Source of the DNA: Phoronis australis | Lineage: Eukaryota > Animalia > Phoronida | DNA length: 64,000 nt | Reading direction: 5' to 3' | Assembly (NCBI GenBank): GCA_002633005.1 | Contig: NMRA01000017.1 | Location: forward strand, 1,305,474-1,369,473 | Part shown: in pieces, positions 24,701 through 38,300 of the stretch | Numbering within the stretch: position 1 is the first letter of the stretch | Layout of the letters: each line of letters starts with the position of its first letter | Position numbers and translations under genes: made by a program | The notes under the pieces: generated by a model | Databases searched by the model: none | The model's input: the letters and a program-made list of their open reading frames with translations, nothing else | Told to the model about the DNA's origin: nothing

Positions 24701-26655
24701 GCAGACTATTCTATCATCAAGTGTTGCAAGTAATCTAGTAAATCGCTTTCAGGACTAAAACAAATTGGTATCATTGGAAGGACGTTTTGAGACCATTTTG
24801 CAGAAATTCATTCTTAAAGCTAAAAACAAAGGAATGGAGACTGAACCAATGACCTACCTGGTTCTTCATCGTCTGGATGTTTGCTTATGGGGCAGCTGAT
24901 TGTGTACTGGTTGATTTGTTGGCAATATGTACCCTCTCCGCACTCCATCTGATAAACTTGTGGTTCTGAGAATTGACAGTTGATTAAAAAGTAGACAATG
25001 GGATCACTCTCTCCTGCACACCTGTACGCAATTGCCGATTGGTTATGACACGTCACCTCTCTCTTCGCGTGATGCGTCAGTGCAGTTGGTGCACTAGATG
25101 TGACGTGACAGTATATCAATGCGCAGAGGAGAATTGCAACTGGAAAACGTCAAAGTTAAAGTTACACAAATAAAGCCGAGACTCCCTTTTGTCATTATGC
25201 GTTCACATATAGATATGTGGGCGCATATTGCCGCCATCTCTGTCAGTGGGCGTCCGGCGTCCACTGCTGTATCTCCGTTGCAGGATCTTGATGACATTTG
25301 GTCAATGTGGTCCTATAACGCTCATGACAGATGATGGCGAATTTCGATCCGGCTACTGCTGTGCCCCTTAGTGGCAATTTTATTTTTTGCGTTTGCCTCT
25401 GTTTCTCCGCAGTTCCTTGATGGATTTTCTTGGTTTATTAAGGAGATAACAGCTCCTTCCCACTTTCGAAAGGCTTTGACGTATTCTGCGCCACCTAGGG
25501 CGCTTTTAAAAATGGAGTATTTTTTTGGCGTCAGACTCTCTATCCGACAAACTGCACGAAGAATCATTATGAAAATTGGCAGATGTGTTTCTGATGAGAA
25601 GACCGCGGCGCAAATTGAATTTCAGGTGTGTTTAACTACTTTAGCGCTCCCAATAGCCATTTTTGCGACAGTAGCAGGATCTTTGTAGTGGCTGATATTT
25701 TTCTATGGAGCCGACAACGAATGACGATTAGTTTCAGGCCAATCTGACTACTGCTGTGCCCTCTTGTAGTAATCTTATATTTTTTACGTTTACCTCTGTA
25801 TCTTCGAACTTCAGTGATTGATTTTCGTGAAGCTTGGCAAATGAGTTTCTAGGATAGGACGATGCTGTTCCATTTTTGGATGGATTTAATATATTTTGCG
25901 TGATGTAGTGCCCATTTTTATTTTATTCGAGCGACTTTCTGGCGTCCACCTCTTTGTCCACCAAACCGCTCAAATGATCATTTTACTAAAAATAAGCATA
26001 TGAGTTCCTTATGAGAAGACAGTGGCTAATGTTGTTTTTGGAAGAGTCTGACAACTGTAGCGTCCCTTAGTGGTAATATCTTCTAGGCATAATCTGATCG
26101 TATTCTAAAAACAATACGCTGCAGTATTCCAGTAAGATCAAAAACTCTAAATGTTCAAAAACTCCCGTTCGTGAGGCAAAAACTCGCAAAAAAATTTTGC
26201 GCGAACTTTTCGACTTCAAATATACAAAGAATTCAAATTTCGTTTCACATTTTGTAGATTGATTAGAGAAGCAACGTTACAATTCTGACAGATTTAAATG
26301 GTTACTTGTGAGTTGTCTTACGTAAAAGATAATCGTCCAGAAAAGTTTTATGCACAATTCATTGCTATCTCCCTGATGTTTTCATTCTTACGGCCGAAAA
26401 ACTCATTTATTGTTGGACTGTGGTCGACTTCTTGAAGTTACGGCTTCCTGGTTATTCTGATAGTGTTAAACACAAAATATTGTAAGAGAAAAAGGCGTCA
26501 TTGAGTGACAATGGCGTCATCAAAAATTTCCATTAAAGCCACTTGTACATCCAAGTAGCTACGCATTGTGCCCATGTCTTAGTTATTTTAACTTTTTACT
26601 TTTTGTAAATTAAAAAAAAAGTTAATATTAAACGCTACTTACTTGAGGAGACCAT
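21758..26655 (-). CDS. Secreted CE4 polysaccharide (chitin) deacetylase, paralog A: signal peptide + one six-Cys module + Pro-rich linker + catalytic domain (~428 aa)
   Basis: Exons (minus) 26655-26643 (ATG GTC TCC TCA A|gtaagt), 25139-24858, 23360-23126, 22514-21758 give a continuous frame MVSSIAILLCALIYCHVTSSAPTALTHHAKREVTC... NodB motifs: FVYFSVDDAV (motif 1), EIASHSCSH (motif 2), GARTPFL (motif 3), IYDST (motif 4), LNMHFSWF (motif 5); also NPNGCPISATF, WELPLN and DVWIVS...WMENP typical of the animal CDA-like subfamily. The first exon is the least certain part. Confidence 0.88.
25195..26080 (+). mobile_element. Diverged, 3'-truncated HINE copy in intron 1 of deacetylase A
   Basis: 5' hairpin ATGCGTTCACATATAGATATGTGGGCGCAT, CATCTCTGTCAGTGGGCGTCCGGCGTCC, and array units with GTGCCCCTTAGTGGC / GCGCCACCTAGGGC. 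Confidence 0.7.
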
Positions 26656-29389
26656 GTCTAAGAGGTTATATTTATTGTCACTACAAGCGCCAACTATCCC
26701 GTTACGAAACCTATGCACCAATAGACTGGAGCTTCACTATTTCGGCGTATTTTGATGTGTGTAAGGCAACATTTTGTTTTAATGGATTTTTAGGCCAGGT
26801 AAAATACAGTCAAGTCTTACGAAAATGATAATAAAATAACTGTAGCGAACGTACGGAGAACGTTGGACATCTCAAGTTCTAAATGATGATCTTCAATCTC
26901 TGATATAAAGTAATTAAATTCATGGACATTGTGGGACCACGTTAACACTTAAATGTATTTATGTTGTATTTATGTTTGAATGATTGACGAATAATGGGTA
27001 GAGCCCAGGTGGGTCCACGAACAAGGCATACGTAGGCGATAAATGGTCACCACAAAGAAGTTCAAAAGAAAATCCAAAATACGCAAGAAAATTGCAAAAG
27101 CATGAGAAAGACTGAAAAGATGGGCGATTAACAGCATTAGGCGTGCTGACGAGGGTAGCTCACGCCCACCCGATGGTACAGCACAACACTTCACTTTTTT
27201 AAAAGTAGCAAGTTAATGAATCTGGTGTACTGTATCATGCATACGTACTGGCAAAAGCAAAAGTCATTCATCAGAAATCACAAAATAACTGATAACACAT
27301 AAAATCAATTGAGTATAGTGTCACCATGGCGTCACCGCCACAAGCGTGACGGAGAATGGCCTTTCATAAAACCATTTAATGATTTGATGAAAGCAAATGC
27401 AGCCAGGAGGTCAATTGGTTTCTCATTGTCACAATTCACATCGTACTTAACGAAACTACTTTAACATTGACTATGTTATTTCTAAACTAATTGGTAAAAT
27501 CGTGTTTGACGTCCAAAATCTTCTTCAACTGGTTTGCTAAACCTTTTTAAAATTCCTCTGGATTTGTCTTCAGATTTATTAGGCACTAAACGAATTATTT
27601 CACTGGAGCAGTGGGCTGTCAAATTCTAAACGATTAGCTTATGGGCGGTTCATTTGTTAGTGTCTGTCTACGTTCATCACTCTCGCCCGGTATAAAATTT
27701 GCCTCACATTTTTCTTTACGTACATTAGAAATGTTTTAAAGGTTTGAGAAGGGTGTAGTATTGTTAACTGATTTCACTCCGAACAAATGGTAAGAACGGG
27801 ATTACGTTCTGGAAGGGAGAAAGTCTTTTACACCAGCGCAGCATTTTCACGCCTTCATGGAATTTGTACAGTGCCTGACATTTGATCGAAATTCATATGA
27901 TCAAGAAGGGACTTACTGTTGTGAAAAGAATAGTGAACCCTGTTTTGATGATTTTACTCAAAGCTGGCTCTTTCCGTGAACTACATACACGCAATCCGAT
28001 CACAGGGGCTTACTTAATCATCTTGAGCACTAAAACCTAGGCGAAAAATCCTCAGTTTGGTCGGTAGAACGTGTAGTTAATGATGCGTCTTGTCACTGTT
28101 TCTCCGAAGCACATTGCCAAGGTGATTTTCTGATATCACCCCAGACCACTCAAAATCACGCGAATGAAACGCAATTCACTTGATCGGAAACTTACTACAA
28201 AAATGGCGGTCACAGAAGTGATTTGTTGGCGAGACTGGAATGTTGAATTATGTAATAGAATTGTCTGTTATAACAAATATTTCTCTCTACAAGTTCCTCA
28301 CGGTCGTCTTGCGTTTGCGGAACGCGCCCCCTTTATCGAGAGAAACTTGCCCCTAGAACAGCTGTGGCAACGAGCAGGTGTGACTGACTTCACTAACCAT
28401 TAATTGAAACTGCGTTGAGTGTCGAATGTGACAGAAGTCTCGCCTGATCTCGCCTCATCACGAAGTATTCTCTTATGGGCATTTCCTGTTGTATCAGCCC
28501 TTGATCAGTAAAAGTATCATTCAAGTGAAACTGCCCATTTATTGTTTCAAGAAGTGGTTCCAAGCTATGGTTCCAAACAAAGTTTTTCCTCCCGTCCGTC
28601 GATTACGTATTGCACATTAAGTCTATTTATTTTTATATTGTATTCTGTGATGCATCCATGTCACTATAATAAATGTGAAACATATCAACCTGCCAAAGCG
28701 GGAATAACTCTCGTTGATTTGCATGTAGCAGACTTTGCGTCGGTAAGGAGTAATTAGAGCTTGTTACAATACTTATAAAAATTCACGATAGATATTTGAT
28801 TGGGTCACTTAGGCACAAAGTATCGATAATTATCTTATAAGTATCTTATCTCACGTACAAAATGTAGAATTTCAAATCTGTCTTTATGTATCTATTACAT
28901 TTCTTCCAATTCACGACCTTTCACGGACAGCGAAAATCGACGCGTTTGCATCCCCGAGCATACAAGATTTGTGGGGTACGAGTCTTTTGATCCACTGGAC
29001 TTTCGAACGTCACACAGACAATCGTCTGCTCGGTAAGCTTTCAGTTGACGGATAGATGCTACATGTATGCTGGAATCTACGATAAACTGAACTTCTTGAA
29101 ATAGCAGTAAAATGAAGTGATCTCACCAGATGGTAGCCTATTGTGTATTTCAGTGATGTTGATGCAGCTCAAGCCGCTGAGCGCTGGCCTACATTCCTTT
29201 GTGTATATGACGTCTCTAACTATCAGGTCCAGGAGGAAAGGTACATAAATGATCTATTAAAAATAATAATAACAGACTCAATCAGTTTTATACAAATTAA
29301 GCTCAATGTTTGCCAATTTCATCAAAGCCTAGAGTTCAAAAGCTTTCATCTTATACATCAACTATATTGGCAGATGGATTATGAAATCT

Positions 29390-32300
29390 TTAACAGTTAA
29401 CTGGACTAAATTTTCCTTTCTTCATTTCTTCGTGGGTGACTTGGTTTTCCATCCACTGAAGGATCTTATACGACGATACAATCCACACATCGGGCAGTTG
29501 TTGGATCTCATCAAGAAACTCTGTCATTGCTTTAAGATTATGGTTTCGGTGCGGTCCGGCAAACCAGGCGAAGTGCATGTTCAAACCAAATGGCACTTTT
29601 TCTTTGCTTGAGTAAAAGCGATAGAAGTTTTTCTTCAAGTACTTAAGTGAATCTTCTTGATTTGATGGCTGACACTGGTCAAGCATAGCAAGTCCTACTT
29701 TCTCGAATCCAGGAACAGGACAGTCGTAATACTTATTCAGTGGCACCTCCCACAAAGGAAAATCCTTGGTAGGACAGCCGTGGACGTTGGCACACCGTCC
29801 GGGATGGTCTTTCATATTTTCAATCAAATACGGCCAGTACAACTTTGCGCGAGGAACGAGCGAAGTGTCGTAACTGAAGCCGTTTTCAAACAGCATTTCG
29901 AATACATGGTTCCCCCCTACTTCCAGAAAAGGTGCCCTCATTCCTTTCACCTCTGTACTCGATATTCCGGTCTTCTCCTCCACAATTCTGGTAATGCCGA
30001 CAACTTCATCTTCCCATTCAGCTTTCGACGCATTCCTCCACCAAGAAGAAGGAGAGCGATGAGTTGTTCCGTGGCTGTTGATCTCATGTCCGTAGTCGTT
30101 GTGAAGCTCCTTCAGCAACTTGAATCTACAAAATAGTCACGTGACAGCATAACGAAATGCTTCTGCAGCCTATTTGCAGTTTATAGCGCATATTTGTAGC
30201 ATATTTCAGAAACTAAACTTCTCGTGTGTTTTCTGTCAGACCCCATTCCCATGCACGATGTCGCAGCTGTTACTGAAGAGTTCGAACGATTACAATGACT
30301 TCAATCAAGTTTTATCTACCTGTTATACTTTCTGAAAGGTGTGATTAGCAACTATACCAAAAATATTTGTTGTAGAAATGGAAATTGATAATCTTTAATT
30401 TTTGTTTACACGAATAATTTGTACACAGGTATTTTTGCACGTGAGTATGTTACTCTTGTTTTCTATTTTTTGGGTTTCTGCTCACAACTACACATGTGCA
30501 AACACTCCCAACAAAAGTAAATTTACAAATTTCGATACTGCGAAATTCATCACTGATTTGTAGTCGAAAACAAACGCTCAACAGGGAGAACTGTACGGGG
30601 AAATCTAAATCCAACATTTTTAAAAGGACCCAAACTTAAAAGTATTTATGATAAAACCTGTAAGGTCCTTTCCATACGGGTGTAAGGACTTAGAATGTCG
30701 TGAAATTTGTAAGACTTGAGGGTAATCCGTAAGAGCGACATGTATGCACATATTAGAGTAAAGCTAGATCCACATGAACCCAAAGCAAACATCGAAGGGT
30801 CAAAAAACCTCTGCAACCTCATGTAAATTAGGTTATACTGAACAGATTGAGCAAATTTGACCTACATAAACGACCATGCAGAGTGAACACCGAGAAATTG
30901 ATAGTCCAGTGACGCAAATTCTTGATAGTGTTCCGCTTTCATACATGTGTCAGTAGCGGATTTAGGGGGCCATGCCCACCCAAAAATTCTACCAGATACC
31001 ATTTGGCAGTTCGGGTGCGAATTGCTGACTAGCATATACGCGCAACCAGCCAGGGGCTCGGGGGGTGAATAAACAATGCATAGGCCCTGAACAAAGCCCG
31101 TTTACCGTTTTTTTTTAATCAAACGGTCCGCAAACCCAAAAATTCGAGACCCCTGTATCCCTACAGTTTAGCCTGCTCGCTCGCGTCTGCCGAAATTCTG
31201 GTTTTTCCTGTGCCCTGGCCCCCCCCCTAACTCAAAATCCTGGATCCGCCCCTGTGTGCACGTCATTGCTTATTGCCAGTATGCATCCTTACACAGTATT
31301 TACTTGAACCACGTTGTAGGTTGCCGTTACAGTGCAGTTGTTCGGGTTTTTTCTATTCTTAAACAGTTGTAAGGAAGAGTCAAACACTCCCGGTGTAATT
31401 CCGTCGTCGATACTGAAGTAGACAAACATCGGCGTCTTGTTCCGCGATATCTTAACCAGTGACTTCGCAGCTTCCACTGGTTTCTTTGTTGACAAGGGTT
31501 TTCCAGAATCTCCGCCTGAAGCTGCTCAAAAAAATGATAAAACATATTCATGGTAGCACAGCATGTAAATGGAGGTATAATGAGGAAATTCGATAGCATT
31601 CTATTGGCAAAACTCTAGGTACACAACCGTGAAATCATTTCTTTGTCTTGTTTTTCCCCAAGAGCGTCGATGATGTCCTACAGTCTTCCTGAAGACACTC
31701 CTTTCTTATTGGGATTGGTACCGGTCCAACAAGGTAGGACATAGAAACCCTTCAGATACTAAGATGTAGCTACTGTTTTTAAATTGATACTAGTTAAGTT
31801 AAACTGGTTAATTTCAATCACAGATTTCGTCGAAAAAAACAGGCTTTGTACAATAATTTCATTTTAGAATTAAAAATAAATTATTCCTACCTTGTATGAC
31901 GAAAGGATTTTCATACAAATAAACTGTAAACATTATGTTAAGTACAATCCTTAAAGGAGAATGCCAGCCGATTTAACTAGTGTTTGTTACCGTCTTGATC
32001 GTTCTATATCCACATGACCTCGCACAGTCGATCACACCTCGCCGAGAGATGTGGCGTTAACCAGTGAGGAAGGTGAGTATATGACGCAGCGACGTCAGTG
32101 ATTCTTCAGCTGAGTGTGTGCCGCTATGGTGTGGCATATCGTTCCCGCTTGCGCGAACCACAAAATGTTTTGGAAGTGGTTACCGGCAGTAAAGAACGAA
32201 AAATACGCCGTTAATACCAAGTACGAGGCCGTGTAATATCCCCGTGTCTGTGGCGGGCATTGTTTGATTTCAAAATAAATTATTCTTACCCTCAACCAAT

Positions 32301-35300
32301 GTTTATATAAAACTGAAACAAAGTGTCAAAGTCTGTCTCAGTAGATACATTTTGTAATGCCTTAGGAGAGTTCGTGAATGCAAATGTTGTGAGAAATCAA
32401 GAATAAATTAGTCATATAGGCTTTAGATGCAATAAAACTAATTCGGACCGGGCGGCCGCCCGTGTTAGCGCAGTGCTAATTCAGTGTTTGCTGACAGAAA
32501 GCTGTTGTGTGGTCAGATGTTAGAGGAATCTTTATTTGTATGTATATACATTATTCAAATCATTGTACCTTTTCCCTGTACAGTTCTGTGGACTAAGGGA
32601 ACCTGGTTTCGCGGCCCCCGACGAGTACGTAGACTTGCAATTTCGCCGCGAATTCACCAAAATATTCACGTGCACATCACTTTATTGGTTCACTAGTCTA
32701 GTCTTTTCGTGACTGGAAGTTTAGTTTTCAACTTTCGCAGCAGACTAATCCGGCTGGTTTATGTTTGTAATGTCTCCAGTCCGGCTGCGATGAGCCTGAT
32801 TGGGTTCCAAGCTACTGGGTTATAACGAGCTTAAAAACTCAATGTATTTATAAGGGTTTTACATCGAATTTTGACGATTTATTGGTGTAAAATGATGAAT
32901 TCAAACGACAAACTGACACCAGTAAGCGTCTTTTGAACTGCTGAGCAGACTGTGTTAGAGCCTGTGACGTCATCGGTTAATTGCAACACCTCCGTCTTTC
33001 GCCTGGTGTCAGGTAAAAGAACTGAACTTGCTGTTATCGAATGGAACTATTCTATCTAAATTGATATAAAATACGTTGTTTTTTCAGTGGTATTCTCCTT
33101 TAAGCATACTTACAAGCTTCTTGACCATTTAGCTGAAACTTAAGCCTCCGGATATACAAAAGCATGGCTTTTACCGCTGTTCAAAAGACTTCCGGGAAAA
33201 ATCAATTGACTCATTTGATAATCAAACCAGTGTAGGTTTGTCGGCGCGCCATTTAGCGGAGTAATGTTGCAAACAGAGCACCGCAAGTACACTGGACATG
33301 TCGCCGCTGGCATGAAAAACTCCCTTTTGCGACTCAACTACTTTTCCCTAAATTCTTGGCGCATTCACAAACTTTGTTTCCTCACTCATGTCATATTTTT
33401 CTATCTCTTTATCTTTTTTGCGAGCTCCTCTTTTATTTATGAAATTTTCTAAAGTAAACAGGGCATTGAAATTATTGAAAGTAACCAGGCATCTTTTCTT
33501 GCAACGCCCCTAACTTAAGGAAGCAGTACTTTTTATTTTATGTAATCTCAAGAATTCAACTGATACATTCAGTCAACTTTTGATATGTATTAAAGCTAAA
33601 ACATGACGTAGTAATGAAGATAAAATACCAATGGAAAGGTTAATCAGTGATTGTACAAAGTCCCCAAACGCGCTGAAAATTTTGAGAACATACCTGAGTC
33701 CTGATAGAGACTGTTTCATGCAATCGGCCACAGTGCCACACTTGATTACAAGTGTACGGTTACAGCAAGAGACGTTTACCGCGCACGATTTCGCCTAAGC
33801 CAAGGAACGTATGCTAGATGTGCGACAGGGTTTTCAAGAATGAACGAGGAGTCAAAATCCATCATGGTGTTACGAAGTGCTTACAGAGGAAACGGGCACA
33901 GCCCGGAGTCTAACCACAGTGCAGCTGGCCTTCTTGATGTTGAGTACCGAACATAGATAGCCTGCAGCCAGTCGCATTTCCCTTTTGATCCTGAAGTTGC
34001 AGAGGCATTCATCGAGGTTTCAAATGAATCTGAAGAGCCTCTTCACGATTCTACGACCAGTCGCCAGTGGCAGGTTTTCGCCAACACAGAAAATTCTCGA
34101 GAAGTACTCACAGTTGAACCAATCCTAATAGAAGATTCCGTCCAGTATACCCCAATGTTACGGTTCCAGCCACCTAACCTGAGAGCGCCAAGCGTGACAA
34201 GATTCTGGGGCCCAACCATAGCGACACAAGTGTATGGAGGTAGTTGGATGAGGATTCCCCAAAAAAATATTGACGTAACGTTGGTAGTGTTAGCTCAAGA
34301 AATTCGAGTCTTCGACTGAGATAGTCCACAACATCTGCAAAGAACGATTTGGAATCAAAGAGAAGGAGCAGTTCATTCATGACAGAGGGTTCAGCAGAAG
34401 ACTGCAGGAGATAGCTAAAATCCAGGTAGATTTGAGGGGTTTAAAGAAGCAATGGAAAGACGCAGAAGAGTCAGAGAAAGAGGGTTTGCCTGTTCTGAGA
34501 GATGAGTTAAGATATCGCTTGTTTAATCTTCAAAGGGCAGAGGGATTGAAGAAGAAAAGAAAGGAGAAGGCCAGAACAAGACAAGAATTTACCACCAATC
34601 CTTTGAAGTTTGCCAAAGAGCTGCTAAGTAACACAACCAGTGGCCAACTGCCGTGTAGCAAAAAGGGGAGTTAGAACAGCACCTGGCCACCACACATGGG
34701 GACCAATTTAGGGAAGCACCCTTAGAAGATTTTGACAGAGTGGATGTAGTTACCATTTGATTTGAGCGACGTAAAGCTTTCTGAACTTAGAAAGTTTGTG
34801 ATGAAAGCAAGATCGTCTTGGCCACTCACGCTTACGGTTCAGCTTATTTATAGAGACCTGGAAATCAAAGAAAGCTTACAAGGAATTGGGGTTTAGCCAA
34901 AGGTGTTTTGTCCCAAAACAGTTTGATACAAAGTTAATCAAGGACTTTCATCCCACAACGTAGTTAGATGTCCAGTGCAGCATCTTTTTTCTTGTTTGAT
35001 CTGGCCGTGGTTTGACTGGACCTAGCCAATGTGTATGACTCAGTGCTTTGATATTCAAGGCCTTGAAAGTTTATCATGTCGCATGTGACATTCTATTTCA
35101 GAGGTATCAAGATGAGGTTCACCACCAAGGAGGTTTCCACGACATTTCAAGATTTACTGAAAAGCGTTCTACGCCGGTGGACTTTTTCAGCCGTCCTGTT
35201 CGTGCTACCAATGAACCTTTACTACAATGTGTTAGGATGACATCGTGCCGGCCCTTTGTCGATGATTTGACAATACAAACAATTTTTTATTGGCGCTGGT

Positions 35301-38300
35301 TAGATTCTAAGAAAGCTCGAAGAACTTATGGGTCGGGCAAGGATGCATTTTAAAGTGGAAGAGTACAGAGGCATAGTTGTTGTCAAAGGAAAGTTAAATC
35401 AACACCATGTTTTCATGGTGAGAAGATTCATTCAGTTAGCGACAAAAGTGTCAAGTATTTGGGCAAGGTATACGACAGGTCACTGAAAGACCAGAACAAC
35501 AACAGAAACACAGTCGGAATGCTGAAAGAAGGTGTTCAAAGAATTCATAAGTGTGATCTGCCAGGGAAGTACAAGGTATGGCATGGTGCTACCAGTTTGT
35601 GTTCTTACCGAAGATAGAATAGACGTTATTTATGTATGACTTTCCTCTGTCTACAGTGAAATATATGGGGGGTCTATGCAATCTGTTCATTAGGAAATGG
35701 TGAGCTAGGAGTGCCGCCTAGTTTCTCATCTTTTATATTCTCTTGTCAAGGTCTTAAGGTTTCAAAGGTCAGGAACATGTTCACTCTTCGGGACTACAAA
35801 GACAAGTTGGTCAAGTCTGTGGACATCAAAAAGTTACTTCGGTTCGGAAATGGAGCTGAAGCGACAGCAGAAAGCAGGTTGAGACATACATTGTCGGTCC
35901 AATTTGCAGAGGTAGGCAAGGTCTACGCATAGTCCCTTTTCAGAGGTGGTCATCAGCCAAGGAAAAAGTCAAGAGAGGCATAAGGTGTTAGCAGAGGTTA
36001 GCAACGAGGAATAAGAAACAAAATACGCCCGCGCTGTTGGTTTGAGGAAGAAAAGAACTTGAACAGCACGGGTAGGGATTTTCAACAGGAAGATTTCGTC
36101 GACTTATCGTAGATCGTTGGAGCAGCAACGTTTATCTTTTCTGTTGAAGTCCATTGTGACCGCTTACCTACCAAAGCAAAATTGAGTGTGTGGAAACTTG
36201 AGGAGAATGACAAGTGCAAGGGATGCGGAGGTGGTGAGACACTTCATCATATGCTGTTGTAGTGCATCTCTAGCTAAAGGAAAATGTACTTGAAGACACG
36301 ACAAGGTTTTGAAAGAATTTGCTCTTGTACTTGATTAGGAAAGGCGCTCACAAAGAAAGGTTTCCATGGGCAAGTTCATCTCACTGATAGGAGTTCATTC
36401 AAAGCAGTCCAGAGAAAACACATTGACACAAGACTGGAATATGACCGTTGACACTAATACACAAGGCAGATTCCTACAAACCTGCGTCCAAATATCGTCA
36501 TTTGACCCAATTCGACTTAGTCGGTGTGTTAGTTGAACTCATTGTCCCATGGGAGGCCAGGGTGATGGAGGCTTACAAACGGAAGCTACTGAAGTACAGT
36601 GGTCTAATACATCAATGTTCTATCAACTGGCGGAAACCGTTTTGTTTCCCCGTCGAGGTTGGATGCAGAAGTTTCGTCCACGCTGCAAGTGTCTGGAAGA
36701 TGTACAAGGCTCTTGGCGTTTTTGGAAAATCTCATAAGTTGAAGAGAAGCCTGTCATCGGCCGCTGAGATCGCTTCTTTATAGTTGTGGCTGCAGAGGGT
36801 GTTCCAGCAACAGATCCCCCATAAGACCCGAGTCTGATCAGCTCCAGTGGCCTACCGTTTGAGGAAGTACAAGATTCACGGCTGAAACGTCTGAAGACGT
36901 TACTGACGACGGTATGGGGAAAGCAGCACAACACCTGCTGTTTTAAGTAAGCAAGTGCGTGTTTATTGACGATAAATCAACTTTTGTGGTTTATGAAGAT
37001 AGCCGCTCAGCTTGATTGTGAGCTTCAATCATATTTACTTCAGTATTTAGCAGTCATTTCACTAATGCAAAATTGCAGCGCCCACATTGAAGCAACAGTC
37101 TTAGCAGCGATCACACTTACGACCTTTGATGAAACGAGCCCCACCTCGTAGCTAAGACGAACAAAGGCACTTGATTGCGAAGGTAGTGTTGCATTTCACA
37201 AGAACATACTATTACAGCTAAATTCAGAAGTAGTTTGTAGTCATTCTAAATTCCATTTTTATGTCGACCCTTTAATAGTTTGTGTGCAATAAAGTTCTAA
37301 GCTGCGATCAGACGTACGATCTTTGATAAAACGGGCCCCGTATAGAGACTATCAAGTGGGTATAATATATTGTAGGGACCCTGGAATTCAACCCGTACTA
37401 TATCGCACGAGGAAAGAACAGACCAAATATTAACTAATTTTACAAAGCCAGAAATTATCAAAATACTCAATTAATATGACGAACCCTCGAACTTTTAAGC
37501 GTGTCTTGCCGTTCAAACGGCATTATAGTTATAGTGTTTGCATGCAGATGAACTCGACAATTAAAGCTTTTTGGCTCACTTTTTATGCCTCCCAATGTAT
37601 TGTGTCGGCACTGAATAAAGGTGTCGGTAAACTGCACACAGCTGGTGCCTTTGCGACATGAAAATTTGTACGTCGAAACGCGAGCAACCGTGTTTGGGCA
37701 CACAACGCGAACAAAGTCCTTGTTGTTCAAGCAGTAGAAACCAGACTTCGTTCTCGAACAATTGAATGGTCTGCCATTGGCCGAGTTGCGACGCGGTGGC
37801 GGAGGCGCGGTAGTGGAAGACGTGACTCGTGGATTAGGCTTCGTCCGAACAGTCTCTGTTGAAAGAAACAGCACAAATATTAAGGTGACTCCAACAAAAT
37901 ATTACAACTGGCAACAATGTAAATGGTGTGCACACAAACACGATGTATATGAACGCACTGTGTTGAGTGTTTGCGTTTCCTTCATGGGCGGCGCAGCAGT
38001 GAAAAAAGTGGGNTGTAGCCTCCTACGGTGCGCCGCCCATGTCCTTCCATTGTTGGATAGAAGAACATAAACAGCGTGTGCCAACTGAAGTTTTGCCGTG
38101 CGTCCTGACACACAATCAAAATGTCTCGCTTTTTCACCTACGACAAAGTTATATTTTTATTACATATCAATATGATTTTTCATGAGCCCCATTATCCTGT
38201 AAGCATCAATGAAACGTTTTAGGGCCCTTCTGTTTTGGCATAGACTTAGATGTTCCGCTGGCCGGATGCATTTGTCCCGTGTTGTCAGACCAGGTGAGAC

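Noticed and set aside
26970-27194. Hydrophobic ORF as first exon of deacetylase A (phase-1 donor near 27031)
   Set aside because: It would give an over-long hydrophobic leader; the 26655-26643 exon has a perfect gtaagt donor and yields a normal signal peptide. Cannot be excluded as an alternative exon.
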